From Anaerolineales bacterium (GTDB lineage Bacteria > Chloroflexota > Anaerolineae > Anaerolineales > UBA11579), in assembly GCA_024710875.1 (NCBI GenBank), contig JANJTX010000151.1:3173-67172 (forward strand): DNA of 64,000 bases. The letters are read 5' to 3'. Both the position numbers and the translations under genes were made by a program. The notes under the pieces were generated by a model. The model saw only the letters and a program-made list of their open reading frames with translations. It was not told the origin of the DNA and made no database searches. How positions within the stretch are numbered: the stretch's first letter is position 1; every line of letters begins with the position of its first letter. Positions 1 through 9,808 of this stretch are shown piece after piece.

Positions 1-1
1 C

Positions 2-283
2 CGCAAATGGGATGATGAAGACAAGCACGCCGGCTATGTCGCCACCCTGGCCGTGCGCCGCCCGTGGCGCAAACGCGGCCTCGGCCGTGCCCTGCTGCTG
101 CATGCCTTCCGTGCCTTTCAGGCCCGCGGCCTGACCGCCGGCACCCTGCATGTGGATGCTGGCAGCCTGACCGGGGCGGTGCGTCTGTACGAAAACGCCG
201 GCATGTCTGTGCACCGTCGGATAGACCGCTACGAAAAAGTGCTGCGCGACGGCGAAGAAATCTCCACCACCGCGCTGGACTGA
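2..283 (+). CDS. GNAT family N-acetyltransferase, C-terminal part (5' end outside window)
   Basis: The frame is open from base 2. The translation ...YVATLAVRRPWRKRGLGRALL... contains the R-x-x-G-x-G/A acetyl-CoA loop typical of GNATs. Confidence 0.75.
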   Translation, partial: RKWDDEDKHAGYVATLAVRRPWRKRGLGRALLLHAFRAFQARGLTAGTLHVDAGSLTGAVRLYENAGMSVHRRIDRYEKVLRDGEEISTTALD

Positions 284-314
284 ACCAGTCTGCAAGACTC
301 AAGGAGTGTGGCCC

Positions 315-929
315 ATGCCCATCCATGCCCTGTTATGGGACCTCGGCGGCGTCATCGCCCGCACCGAAGACCCGGCCCCGCGGGCCGCTCTGGCCGCCCG
401 GCTGGGGTGCAATCTGGCCGACCTGAACACCGCCATCTTTGGCCCAGTCGGCCACAACCCGCTACAACTGGGCGAGGTCGATCTGGCCGGATACCATGCC
501 CACATCGCGGCGGCGCTGGGCTGCCCGCTGGAGGCCGTGCCTGAAATACTGGCCGAGTTCTATGGCGGGGATGTGCTGGACTACGCCCTGGTGGAGGAAC
601 TGCGCCGCCTCAAGCGCAGCTACCGCCAGACACTGGTGAGCAACCACCTACCCGGCTTGCGAGAGCGGTTGGAGCACGAATGGCAGATTGACGACGCCTT
701 TCATCACCTCCTGATTTCGCACGAAATCGGCCTGATGAAACCCGACCCGGCCTTTTACCGGTTGGCGCTGGAGACCACCGGCTGTACGGCCGAGGAAAGC
801 GTGTTCATCGATGACCACGAACCGAATGTCGCCGCCGCCCGCGCCCTGGGCCTGCACGGCATCGTCTTCACCAGCCCGGAGCAGGCGCTGGCGGAGTTGC
901 AGGCGCTGCTGGCACAGGCGACACACTGA
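315..929 (+). CDS. HAD-superfamily hydrolase (subfamily IA-like)
   Basis: The N-terminal LLWDLGGVI matches the DxG/DxD-type motif I, and the C-terminal FIDDHEPNVAAARALG matches motif IV. AAGGAG lies 8 nt upstream of the ATG at 315. The track ORF starts at a GTG at 306. Confidence 0.8.
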   Translation: MPIHALLWDLGGVIARTEDPAPRAALAARLGCNLADLNTAIFGPVGHNPLQLGEVDLAGYHAHIAAALGCPLEAVPEILAEFYGGDVLDYALVEELRRLKRSYRQTLVSNHLPGLRERLEHEWQIDDAFHHLLISHEIGLMKPDPAFYRLALETTGCTAEESVFIDDHEPNVAAARALGLHGIVFTSPEQALAELQALLAQATH

Positions 930-967
930 ACGAAATTAACCGATAAGATTAGATTTAGGAAAACATC

Positions 968-2275
968 ATGTCAACTCTTAAGAAAATCCTTAAACATCCA
1001 CTGGCTGTATGGCGCGACATCAACCCCTCGGCGCGCCTGTTCCTGATTTCCAACGGCCTGTTCGGGCTCTTTTGGAGCGGCTGGGCTTTGTTCTTCAACT
1101 TCTACATCCTCGGGCTGGGCTTTGACCGCCAGTTCCTGGGGCTGGTCTCCGGCATGCCATCATTCGCCATGCTGCTGTTTTGCCTGCCAATGGGCTGGGT
1201 CTCTGACCGCATCGGTCGGCGCCGGGCGCTGCTGATTGGCGTGAGCGTTCTGATTTTAGGGTTTGGCCTGATGGCTCTGACCAGCGACCCGAACCTGATT
1301 CTGCTGGGCGCCTTCGTGGGCGGCGTCGGTGATGCCCTGTTTGTCGTCAGTGTATCGCCCTTGCTGGCCGGGCTCACCAAACCCCAGAATCGCAGCATGG
1401 TCTTCAGCCTCAATATGGCCTCGATGACCTTTGCCAGCGTGTTCGGCAACTATCTGGCCGGGCAACTGCCGGGCTGGCTGGAAGCCGGTTTAGGCCTGGC
1501 GGCGGGTAGCGGCGATTCTTACCGGGCAGTAGTGGTCATCAGCACTGCGCTTTCGGTCGTGAGCATCCTGCCGCTATTCTGGATTGTGATGCCGCGGCGC
1601 GCCCCGGAGGAGGAGCCGACCCAAACCCAGCACCTGACCACTTCCGGAAAAATGCAAGATATTTTGCTAAATAAGTCGGTTTGGAAACTGGTTGTGCCAA
1701 ATCTCATCATGGGTTTTGGCGCGGCGTTGCTCATCCCCTACCTCAACCTGTATCTGGTAGACCGTTTTGCGGTTACCGATGCCGGTCTGGGTACGATTTT
1801 TGGCGCCCTCTCGCTGGTGATTGCGCTCGGCGCGCTGGGCGGCCCGCGGCTGGAACGCCTGCTGAACTCGCGGGTGCGGGCGGTGGTCGCCAGTCAGGGC
1901 ACCTCGATGCTGTTCATGCTGCTGCTATGGCTCTCGCCCAGCCTGCCGCTGGCGGTGCTGGGCCTGTGGCTGCGCGGCGCCATCATCAACATGGCCGCCC
2001 CGCTCTGGGATGCCTTCGTGATGGACCAGGTTTCGCCCAAAGCGCAGGGTACGGTCGCCAGTTTGCAAATGCTCACCTGGCAGGCGGGCTGGGCCATCGG
2101 GCCATACATCTCCGGCGTGGTGCAGGAACGCGCCGGGTTCAACCCGCTGTTCCTGACCACCACCGTGCTGTACATCATCGCCATCAGCCTGACCTGGTTC
2201 TGGTTCCGTGACCACGACTACCAACCCGCGACCCAAACCAGCCCCGTGGCGGCCGAAGCCGCCCTCGGCAAGTAA
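968..2275 (+). CDS. MFS transporter
   Basis: The 435-aa protein is strongly hydrophobic with multiple TM segments. It carries the loop motif GWVSDRIGRRR between TM2 and TM3, typical of the MFS family. Confidence 0.85.
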   Translation: MSTLKKILKHPLAVWRDINPSARLFLISNGLFGLFWSGWALFFNFYILGLGFDRQFLGLVSGMPSFAMLLFCLPMGWVSDRIGRRRALLIGVSVLILGFGLMALTSDPNLILLGAFVGGVGDALFVVSVSPLLAGLTKPQNRSMVFSLNMASMTFASVFGNYLAGQLPGWLEAGLGLAAGSGDSYRAVVVISTALSVVSILPLFWIVMPRRAPEEEPTQTQHLTTSGKMQDILLNKSVWKLVVPNLIMGFGAALLIPYLNLYLVDRFAVTDAGLGTIFGALSLVIALGALGGPRLERLLNSRVRAVVASQGTSMLFMLLLWLSPSLPLAVLGLWLRGAIINMAAPLWDAFVMDQVSPKAQGTVASLQMLTWQAGWAIGPYISGVVQERAGFNPLFLTTTVLYIIAISLTWFWFRDHDYQPATQTSPVAAEAALGK

Positions 2276-2276
2276 C

Positions 2277-2750
2277 ATGTACCGCGACGACCTGCGTGAA
2301 CTACTGGTAGATGTGCGCGCCGCCGCCCGCCTCGGCGATGCCGAAAGCATTGGCATCGCCCTGGCCGGGCTGCTGGACTGGCCGGAAGTGGCCGGCAACC
2401 CGGATATGGAACTGGCTTTTGTCAGCCAGGTGCTGGCGCCGGTAGGCGCGGCCCTGGCCGCCCCCGGCGTGCCCACCAACCTGCTGCTGGGCATGGCCCA
2501 GGACTCACAGGCCGCCTTCCGCGCCCTGGCCGCCGCCGCCCTGTGTTCACGCGCCCTCGCCGAAGTCCAGGCCACACGCCGGGCGCTGAACGACCTCGCC
2601 AATGACCACCGCCCGGAAGTGCGCCAGGCGATTGCCATTGCCCTGCGCCCCCAACGGGCCGAACCCGCTACCCAGACCCTGCTGGCCGAGTGGGCCGCCA
2701 GTGACAAACCCAAATGGCAAGCGCTGGCCGCTGAAATTCTGGCCGGCTGA
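2277..2750 (+). CDS. Hypothetical protein, Ala/Leu-rich helical (HEAT-like) repeat
   Basis: The ATG lies 1 nt after the upstream stop. The sequence is helical-repeat-like with recurring ...DHRPEVRQAIAIAL... segments. I recognise no catalytic motif. Confidence 0.5.
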   Translation: MYRDDLRELLVDVRAAARLGDAESIGIALAGLLDWPEVAGNPDMELAFVSQVLAPVGAALAAPGVPTNLLLGMAQDSQAAFRALAAAALCSRALAEVQATRRALNDLANDHRPEVRQAIAIALRPQRAEPATQTLLAEWAASDKPKWQALAAEILAG

Positions 2751-2793
2751 ACCCAACCACCCATCGCTGGCTGCGGCTGGCGGAGACACTGAC

Positions 2794-4143
2794 ATGAACC
2801 CAAAGACCAACGAAACCCTGATAGAAGACCTCGGCGAGGGCCTGACTCTGCGCCACGCCACCCCGGCGGATGCTGAATCGCTGGCCGATTTCAACAGCCG
2901 CGTCCATTCCGATGACGGCTGGGACCAACCCGAAGCTTTTCTCTACCACTGGACGCACGACTCACTGACCAAACCGCACCCAACCCTTAAACCCTCCGAC
3001 TTTCTGATTGTGGAAGATAGGGTTAAGGGCCGGATTGCCTCGACCATGAACCTCATTCCGCAGACCTGGGCCTACAGCGGCGTGGAATTTGGCGTGGGGC
3101 GGCCGGAACTGGTGGCCACCCACCCGGACTACCGCCAGCGCGGCCTGATTCGCAAACAGTTTGACCTCGTCCACCGCTGGAGCGCCGAGCGCGGCCACCT
3201 GGTACAGGCCATCACCGGTATCCCCTGGTACTACCGCCAGTTTGGCTATGAAATGACCGTAGAACTTTCCGGCGGGCGGCGTTGCTACACGCCTCTGATT
3301 CCCAAACTCAAAGAAGGCGAGCAAGAAGCCTACCGCCTGCGCCGTGCCACCACCGCCGACATCCCCTTCATGAAAAGGCTGGATGACGCCAGCGCCCGCC
3401 GCAACCTGCTTTTCTGCGTGCGCGATGAAGCCCTCTGGCAACTCGAACTCACTGGCCGTTCCGAAGGCGCCGCCCTGCACTTTGAAATCATCGAAAACGC
3501 CGCCGGTGAAGCGGTGGGGTTTGTGCGCTGGCCAAACATGCTCTGGGGCGCGGCCCTGCCCGTCTGGGGTTTTGAAGTCGCCCCCGGCCACAACTGGCAA
3601 GCCATCTCCAACAGCGTGTTGCGCGGGTTGGCCCCGCTGGGCGAAGCGCTGCTAAAAGAAAAGAGCCCGGAACGCAGTCTGGAACAGATTTATTTTGTAC
3701 TCGGCAGCCAGCACCCGGTCTATGAAGTCATTCCCCACCGCCTGCAAGAGTCCACCGAACCCTATGCCTGGTACCTGCGCGTTCCGGACCTGCCGGCCTT
3801 CCTGAGTCACATCGCCCCGGCCCTGGAAGCACGCCTGGCGACCTCCCTGCTGCCCGGCTACACCGGCGACTTAATGCTCAACTTTTACCGCAGCGGTGTA
3901 CGCCTGGATTTTCAGGCGGGCAAACTGGCGGGCGTGGACACCTGGAAACCGACCACCGAACATGAAGGTCATGTCGCCTTCCCCGACCGCACCTTTGTTC
4001 AAATGCTCTTCGGCTACCGCAGTCTGGATGAACTGGAAGCCGCCTTCCCCGACTGCTGGGTAGACCGTGACAATCCAGATAAGGGCGTGCTGGCCCGCGT
4101 CCTGTTCCCCAAACAGCCTTCCTCCATCTGGGGCGTACAGTAG
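2794..4143 (+). CDS. GNAT-domain acetyltransferase with large C-terminal extension (Eis-like architecture)
   Basis: The N-terminal GNAT core includes VATHPDYRQRGLIRKQF (acetyl-CoA loop). About 280 further residues are of unknown function. I placed the start at the ATG at 2794, because the upstream part of the track ORF overlaps the previous gene. Confidence 0.7.
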   Translation: MNPKTNETLIEDLGEGLTLRHATPADAESLADFNSRVHSDDGWDQPEAFLYHWTHDSLTKPHPTLKPSDFLIVEDRVKGRIASTMNLIPQTWAYSGVEFGVGRPELVATHPDYRQRGLIRKQFDLVHRWSAERGHLVQAITGIPWYYRQFGYEMTVELSGGRRCYTPLIPKLKEGEQEAYRLRRATTADIPFMKRLDDASARRNLLFCVRDEALWQLELTGRSEGAALHFEIIENAAGEAVGFVRWPNMLWGAALPVWGFEVAPGHNWQAISNSVLRGLAPLGEALLKEKSPERSLEQIYFVLGSQHPVYEVIPHRLQESTEPYAWYLRVPDLPAFLSHIAPALEARLATSLLPGYTGDLMLNFYRSGVRLDFQAGKLAGVDTWKPTTEHEGHVAFPDRTFVQMLFGYRSLDELEAAFPDCWVDRDNPDKGVLARVLFPKQPSSIWGVQ

Positions 4144-4179
4144 GTTCAGCCGGCGCGCCTCGCCACCCTCACCAATCCC

Positions 4180-5439
4180 ATGCCCAAAAACCCTCTTCAA
4201 ATTCTCACGCCGGTCCTGCGCTGGTTCCTTGGCACGATGATCCTCGCCAACACCGCCGGCACGATGCTCCTGCCACTGATGGCGGTCTACCTCGCCCGCG
4301 ACCTGGGCGCCAGCGTGGCGCAGGTTGGCCTGACTTTCACCCTGGCGGCTCTGGTCCCGTTGGCCCTGCAAATTCTGGGCGGCTGGCTCTCGGATAGCAT
4401 TGGCCGCCTGAAAGCGATTGCCATTGGCGCCGCGATTGCCACGCTGGGGTACATCCTGCTGCTGTTTGCCGATTCGTGGCAGATGGCGGCCTTCGCCCTG
4501 ATGCTGGAATATGTCTCCGGCGCCTTCGTAGGCCCCTCCTTTGGGGCTTTCATTGCTGACCAGTCCACTGAAGCGACGCGTGGCCGGGTGTTTGGGCTGA
4601 TGCACACCCTGTTCGCGGTGGTTGGGGTGATTGGCCCGCCGCTGGGCGGCTGGGTGGCGGATGTTTACGGTTTTCCGCTGCTCATCCGGCTGGCCTTTCT
4701 GCTCTACGGCTCGGCCGCAGTCTTGCGCATCTGGATGGCGCTCACGTCGCGCTTTCGCCAGCAAAGCGCACTGCCCTCGGAGGAACGCCCCTCGCTGGCC
4801 TCGCTGCGCGCCAGCCTCGGCAGCCTGTTGGCGCTGCTGGTAGGCGGCGGGGTCTTTACCTGGTTGATTCTGACCGATGGGGTGCGCGATATCGCCTTCC
4901 GTATGTCCTTTGAATTCCAGTCGCTGTATTTCAATGAAATCGCCGGGTTGAGTTTGCTTCAGGTGGGTTGGCTGGGCAGCATCATCAGCCTGGCGCGCAT
5001 GCTGGTCATGACCCCGGCCGGCGCGCTTTCGGACCGCATCGGCGAGCGCCGCACCATCATGCTCGGGTTTGGGCTGCAAGCCGCCGGGATGGGCCTCTTC
5101 CTGCTGGCGGGCAACTTCGTGACCTTCGCCCTGGCCTGGGTGGTGCTGGGCGTGGGTTTTGGGATTGCCGACCCGGCCTTTGATGCCCTATTCTCCAAAG
5201 CGGTACCGGCCGAACGGCGCGGGGTGGCCTTCGGGTTGTTTGGTACCAGCCTCGGGCTGGTCAGCCTGCCCGCCCCGTATATCGGGGCGCGCCTGTGGGA
5301 AACCTTCTCGCCGCGCCTGCCGTTTATCCTGACCACGATTGCAGCCGCCATTTCAATTCTGCCGGTCTACCTGAAATTGCGCCTGCCGGAAAATCCACAA
5401 CCGGAAGCCGCAGAGCCAGCGGTCGCCGCCGCTCAATGA
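4180..5439 (+). CDS. MFS transporter
   Basis: The 419-aa polytopic protein carries the GWLSDSIGRLK and ALSDRIGERR MFS loop motifs in its two halves. Confidence 0.85.
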   Translation: MPKNPLQILTPVLRWFLGTMILANTAGTMLLPLMAVYLARDLGASVAQVGLTFTLAALVPLALQILGGWLSDSIGRLKAIAIGAAIATLGYILLLFADSWQMAAFALMLEYVSGAFVGPSFGAFIADQSTEATRGRVFGLMHTLFAVVGVIGPPLGGWVADVYGFPLLIRLAFLLYGSAAVLRIWMALTSRFRQQSALPSEERPSLASLRASLGSLLALLVGGGVFTWLILTDGVRDIAFRMSFEFQSLYFNEIAGLSLLQVGWLGSIISLARMLVMTPAGALSDRIGERRTIMLGFGLQAAGMGLFLLAGNFVTFALAWVVLGVGFGIADPAFDALFSKAVPAERRGVAFGLFGTSLGLVSLPAPYIGARLWETFSPRLPFILTTIAAAISILPVYLKLRLPENPQPEAAEPAVAAAQ

Positions 5440-5473
5440 AGAAACACGAGGGTGAGCGTGATACCATTTCGGC

Positions 5474-6031
5474 ATGCTCACTCTCGGAATCATCGCTGAC
5501 ACCCACATCCCGGACCGGGCGCGCCGCCTGCACCCCCAAACGCTGGAATTCTTTGAGCAGGCGGGGGTAAGTGAAATCCTGCATGCCGGCGATATTTGCG
5601 TGCCGCGCGTGCTGGCTGAACTGGGCAAAATCGCGCCGGTGACGGCGGTGCGCGGCAACCGCGACTGGTTCCGCCAGCCGCGCCTGCCCCTGCACCGAAC
5701 ACTTGCATACGAGGGCGTAACCATCGGCCTCACGCACGGGCATCTCTCATGGCGCGGGTATTTGAGTGACAAATGGCGCTACCTGACGCGCGGCCCGCAG
5801 ACCTACCGAGCCTTTGCGGAAAAGGCGCTCTCGGTTTTTCCAGCGGACATTGATGTAGTTATCTTCGGGCATAATCATGCCCCCTACAACAAACGGCACG
5901 GCCAGACGCTGGTCTTCAACCCCGGCTCGGCCACCGTGCCCAACCCGCTGGAACGCGGCCTGCGCCCCAGCGTAGGCCTGCTGAAAATTGAAGGCGCGCA
6001 GGTCGTTGCCGATATCTGCTTTCTGGATTAA
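5474..6031 (+). CDS. Metallophosphoesterase, YfcE/MJ0936-like
   Basis: The calcineurin-like signature motifs occur in order: IADTH, HAGD, GNRD, THGH, GHNH. Confidence 0.85.
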   Translation: MLTLGIIADTHIPDRARRLHPQTLEFFEQAGVSEILHAGDICVPRVLAELGKIAPVTAVRGNRDWFRQPRLPLHRTLAYEGVTIGLTHGHLSWRGYLSDKWRYLTRGPQTYRAFAEKALSVFPADIDVVIFGHNHAPYNKRHGQTLVFNPGSATVPNPLERGLRPSVGLLKIEGAQVVADICFLD

Positions 6032-7080
6032 TCGCCCACCAGCGTGCGCTCAAAGAACTCCAGCGTGCGCTGCATCAGCAAGAACTCATCCCACCCGAAC
6101 AGGTTGTGGCCCTCGTCTTCGTAATAAAAACATTCGACTACTTTACCCAGCCCGCCCAGCAGGCCGCATAATTCCTGTGACCATTCCACCGGCACGATGT
6201 CATCCGCATCGCCATGATGAATGCTGACCGGCACGGCAACCCGGTCGTAAAAGTTTAGCGGCGAGATGGCCGCCAGGGGCGCATCGGCAAAGGCGGCACG
6301 TTCTTCCAGGCCGCGCTGCTGCTCCGAGAGGTTGAAGTAGATGTGGTCGAAATTGCGCTGTTCGTCGCCGGACATGGCGGCGTAAATCACAGCCGCATCC
6401 ACCGCCGCGCCCAGAGTGAGCGCTCGCAGGGCGACCCCACCGCCCATGCTGTGGCCCCACAGGCCAATGCGCGCCCCATCTGCCTCGGCCAGCAGGCCGG
6501 GCTGACCGCTGCTGGCGCGCACGATTTCCACCAGATTCAGGGTGTCAATCGCAAAGCCGACTCGAAACAAATTCGGGCCAGAATCGGAAGGCGGGTAATT
6601 GCGGAAATTGGGGTGCAGCACGAGGTATCCGGCCTCAGCCAGCCGGTCGGCATAGATGCGGGTGTAAGCCACGGTTTCATACTCGGCCGGGTCAATGTAC
6701 CCATGCAGCAGGATGACCACGGGAAACGGACCGCGCCCGTGGGGGATATTGGCAAACCCATAAATCGTCAGGCCATCGCTAGGGTAGGTGAACAGGCGGC
6801 GGCTGAACAGACGGGTGCGCTCCAGTTCGCCCAAATCCCGCACTTCGCCACCGCCATAGGCCCGCGCCGCCAGCGCCTCAATCGTCAGGTCGGTATAGAT
6901 CACGTTGGGCGGCACATCCAAAGCGGGCGCGCTGGCGGTTGGCGAGGCTTCCGGTTGCAACACCTGTGGGGCGGGCAACACCGAGGGTGGCGCGGTTGGC
7001 AGCGGAGCCGGAGCAGTAAGCGGCAGATTGCAGGCCGCCAGCGCCAACAGCAACAGGGCCGAGCCGTGCTTTCGATTCAT
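6028..7080 (-). CDS. Secreted alpha/beta hydrolase (S9 / dienelactone-hydrolase-like), probable lipoprotein
   Basis: MNRKHGSALLLLALAAC reads as a lipobox signal. A GHSMGG nucleophile elbow and a C-terminal HHGDAD segment are present. The start is set at the internal Met because the upstream half of the 652-aa track ORF is antisense to the lipid kinase gene. Confidence 0.75.
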   Translation of the reverse strand: MNRKHGSALLLLALAACNLPLTAPAPLPTAPPSVLPAPQVLQPEASPTASAPALDVPPNVIYTDLTIEALAARAYGGGEVRDLGELERTRLFSRRLFTYPSDGLTIYGFANIPHGRGPFPVVILLHGYIDPAEYETVAYTRIYADRLAEAGYLVLHPNFRNYPPSDSGPNLFRVGFAIDTLNLVEIVRASSGQPGLLAEADGARIGLWGHSMGGGVALRALTLGAAVDAAVIYAAMSGDEQRNFDHIYFNLSEQQRGLEERAAFADAPLAAISPLNFYDRVAVPVSIHHGDADDIVPVEWSQELCGLLGGLGKVVECFYYEDEGHNLFGWDEFLLMQRTLEFFERTLVGD

Positions 7081-7158
7081 CACAGGTCTGATTATATCCA
7101 CCCGCCCAGCAGCGGCGCGGCTATAATAACCCCACCCTGCGCCCGAGGAGCGAGAGCC

Positions 7159-8088
7159 ATGTCTAAACCCCGTGTAAAACTCATCATTAATCCCAATGCC
7201 GATATGGGCAATGCCTGGCGCTATGCCGCCAACCTGAAACACATTGCCGACCAGCACGCCGAAGTGGACTGGGCTGGCACGGTCTACCCCACCCACGCCA
7301 CCGAGCTGGCCCGCAAAGCTGCCGAAGATGGTTATGACATCGTTGTCGCTCTGGGCGGCGATGGCACGGTGCATGAGGTCATCAACGGCCTGATGCAAGC
7401 CAAAGTAAGCAAACGCCCGGTACTGGGCGTGGTACCGTTTGGCTCCGGCAATGACTTTGCCCATAATGTGGGCGTACCGGCGGATGCCGAAGCCGCCCTG
7501 GCGGCCGTATTTACCGGCGCGCCCAAAGCGATTGACCTGGCGTCCATCAGCGATAACCTCGGCCGCACCGAGTACTGGAACAACACCCTCAATATGGGGT
7601 TTGGCGGGGCGGTTACCATCCATTCGCACAAAATGCCGCTGTTGCGAGGCTTCGTCATGTATCTGGCAGCCGTACTGCAAACCATCTTCATGTCTTACAT
7701 CACCCTGGATACGGAAATCACCGCTGACGGCCAGACCTGGCAGGACCGCCTGATGATGATTGCGGTCAACAACGGCCCGCGCGAAGGCGGCGGTTTTGTG
7801 ACCGGCCCGGAAGCCCGGCTGGACGACGGCATTCTCAATCTCTCGACTGTGCAGCGCGTCTCGCGCGGCCTGATGCTGGTGATGCTGCCCTTCTTTATGC
7901 AAGGCACCCAGAGCCGCTTCAAGCAGGTCAAGTTCTTCACCTTCAAAAAGCTGGCAATCAAGACCCAGCAGGACCTCGTCATCCACACCGATGGCGAAGT
8001 GTTCGCCGGGTTCAACAGTGGCGTGCGCCAGCTAACGATTGAGCTGCTGCCGTCGGCCCTGCAAGTGATGACACCCAAAGGCAAGTAG
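7159..8088 (+). CDS. Diacylglycerol/lipid kinase family protein (YegS/BmrU-like)
   Basis: The ALGGDGTVHEVINGL motif and the overall about 310-aa length fit the family. The start is set at MSKPRVKLIINP. Confidence 0.85.
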   Translation: MSKPRVKLIINPNADMGNAWRYAANLKHIADQHAEVDWAGTVYPTHATELARKAAEDGYDIVVALGGDGTVHEVINGLMQAKVSKRPVLGVVPFGSGNDFAHNVGVPADAEAALAAVFTGAPKAIDLASISDNLGRTEYWNNTLNMGFGGAVTIHSHKMPLLRGFVMYLAAVLQTIFMSYITLDTEITADGQTWQDRLMMIAVNNGPREGGGFVTGPEARLDDGILNLSTVQRVSRGLMLVMLPFFMQGTQSRFKQVKFFTFKKLAIKTQQDLVIHTDGEVFAGFNSGVRQLTIELLPSALQVMTPKGK

Positions 8089-8173
8089 GGCGGTATACAG
8101 GTATACAGGAGCATAAATCCCAACTTCTCCCAAAGCCTTCCCCCTTGTTTACTTGTTTACCCCCTTCTAACCC

Positions 8174-9808
8174 ATGCCCACTCTGCTCCAATCCCTGCAA
8201 GACCACGACCTCGGGCATCTGCGCCTTGTGGCCGAAGCCTGGGGGCTGGAACTAGATTTGCCGGATGCCCGCGCTGGCCGTAAGCTGCTCGCCAAAGCGC
8301 TGCTGAAAGCCGGGCGGCCGGAAGACCAGTTTGAACTGCTGCCGAAAGATGCCCGCGAGGCCGTACTGGCCCTGCAAGCCGCTGGTGGGCGGCTGCCCTG
8401 GCCGGAGTTTGCCCGCCAATGGGGCGAGCCGCGCCCGCTCGGCCCCGGCCGGCGCGACCGCGAGCGGCCTGACCGCCACCCGGCCAACCCGGCCGAACGC
8501 CTGTGGTACTGCGCCTTGCTGGGGCACGCTTTTTTTGATACCGTGAATGGGCCGCAGGAATTTGCTTATCTGCCCACGGACCTGGCCGTCCACCTGCCGC
8601 AACCGCCACCATCCGCCCGGTTACCGCTGGGCCGCCCCGCCACTCCCGCTGAACGCAAACGCCCCCGCCCGACCAGCACAGCCCTGCTGGACCACGCCAC
8701 CACCTTTCTTGCGGCTCGCCGCGCCGGCCTGCCGCTGCCCCCCGAAGCGGAAGACTGGGGCCTGCACGTGCCCTGGCTGGAAGCCCTGCTGACCGCCGCC
8801 GGCCTGCTGGATAAAAACGGCCAGCCCCAGGCCGAGAATGTACGGGCATTTCTGGAAGCGCCGCGCGGTGCGGCCCTGGCCCAACTGGTAGGGGTCTGGC
8901 TCGCCAGCCCGCGTCTCAACGACTTGCGCCTGATTCCCCACCTGCGCGCCCACGGCCGCTGGCAAAACGACCCGCTGAAAACCCGAACAGCTGTCCTTGG
9001 CCTGCTGCCCCCCGCCGAGCCAGCGACCTGGTGGGCATTGCCAGCCATTATTGCAGATATCAAAGCACATCAACATGATTTTCAACGCGCCGGGGGCGAG
9101 TACACCGCCTGGTACATTCAGGACACCCGCACCGGCGATTATCTGCGCGGTGAAGAATACTGGGACAACGTAGAGGGTGCGCTGCTCACCTTCCTCATCA
9201 CCGGCCCGCTGCACTGGCTGGGCCTGCTGGACCTCGCCGCCCCGGAAGCGGATGCGCCGGTATTGGCCTTTCGCTATTCGGCCCTGGCGCCGGCGCTGCT
9301 GGCCGGCAAAGCGCCAAAGAGCCTGCCCCCCGAAAAGGAACGCCTGCGGGTCGATTCGGCCTTGCGAGTGCTGGCACCGCCCAACACACCGCGGGCCGCC
9401 CGCTACCTCATCGCCCGGTTTTGTGAGTGGGAGGGGCTGCAAAAAGATTCCTACCGCTATCGCATCACCGCCGCCAGTCTGGGGCGTGCCCAATCGCAGG
9501 GCCTCGCCAGTGCGCAACTGCTGGCGCTGCTCAAGAAACATGCCGCCCCGCCCCTGCCGCCCAACCTCGCCCCGGCCCTCGCGGGCTGGGAAGAACACGG
9601 CCCGCAGGCTCACCTGGAAAGCGTGGTTGTCTTGCGCGTCAATCACCCGGACCTGTTGGCGCAAGTTCGCGCCAGCCGCGCCGCCCGCTTTCTGGGTGCG
9701 CCGTTAAGCCCCACCAGCATCACGATTCAGCCCGGCGCCCGTCAGAAAGTGCTTGAAATTCTGGCTGAACTGGGCATCCTTGGTCAGTTGGATGAACCGG
9801 AGCCGTAA
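8174..9808 (+). CDS. Hypothetical protein (544 aa), no recognisable catalytic motif
   Basis: The long ORF has natural amino-acid composition and high GC3. It is Ala/Leu/Pro-rich and helical. The C-terminal part (ITAASLGRAQSQGL...LLALLKKH) vaguely recalls helicase-associated winged-helix domains, but I cannot support that. Confidence 0.55.
   Translation: MPTLLQSLQDHDLGHLRLVAEAWGLELDLPDARAGRKLLAKALLKAGRPEDQFELLPKDAREAVLALQAAGGRLPWPEFARQWGEPRPLGPGRRDRERPDRHPANPAERLWYCALLGHAFFDTVNGPQEFAYLPTDLAVHLPQPPPSARLPLGRPATPAERKRPRPTSTALLDHATTFLAARRAGLPLPPEAEDWGLHVPWLEALLTAAGLLDKNGQPQAENVRAFLEAPRGAALAQLVGVWLASPRLNDLRLIPHLRAHGRWQNDPLKTRTAVLGLLPPAEPATWWALPAIIADIKAHQHDFQRAGGEYTAWYIQDTRTGDYLRGEEYWDNVEGALLTFLITGPLHWLGLLDLAAPEADAPVLAFRYSALAPALLAGKAPKSLPPEKERLRVDSALRVLAPPNTPRAARYLIARFCEWEGLQKDSYRYRITAASLGRAQSQGLASAQLLALLKKHAAPPLPPNLAPALAGWEEHGPQAHLESVVVLRVNHPDLLAQVRASRAARFLGAPLSPTSITIQPGARQKVLEILAELGILGQLDEPEP

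Noticed and set aside
1925-2803. 292-aa minus-strand ORF
   Set aside because: It is an Ala/Arg/Ser-rich shadow ORF opposite the MFS and HEAT-like genes, with no motifs.
3871-5079. 402-aa minus-strand ORF
   Set aside because: It is antisense to the GNAT and MFS genes. Its Gln/Arg/Gly/His-rich composition is typical of shadow ORFs in GC-rich DNA.
6028-7986. 652-aa minus-strand ORF spanning the hydrolase gene and beyond
   Set aside because: Only the C-terminal 350 aa (from MNRKHGS, with a lipobox) look like a real protein. The N-terminal 300 aa are Gly/Arg/His-rich and lie antisense to the well-supported lipid kinase gene.
6343-8088. 581-aa plus-strand ORF
   Set aside because: The first about 270 aa are antisense to the hydrolase gene and have low-complexity Arg/Gly/Gln composition. 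The real gene starts at 7159 (MSKPRVKLIINP).
8621-9664. 347-aa minus-strand ORF
   Set aside because: It is Gly/Arg/Gln-rich and antisense to the 544-aa plus-strand ORF, whose composition is more protein-like.
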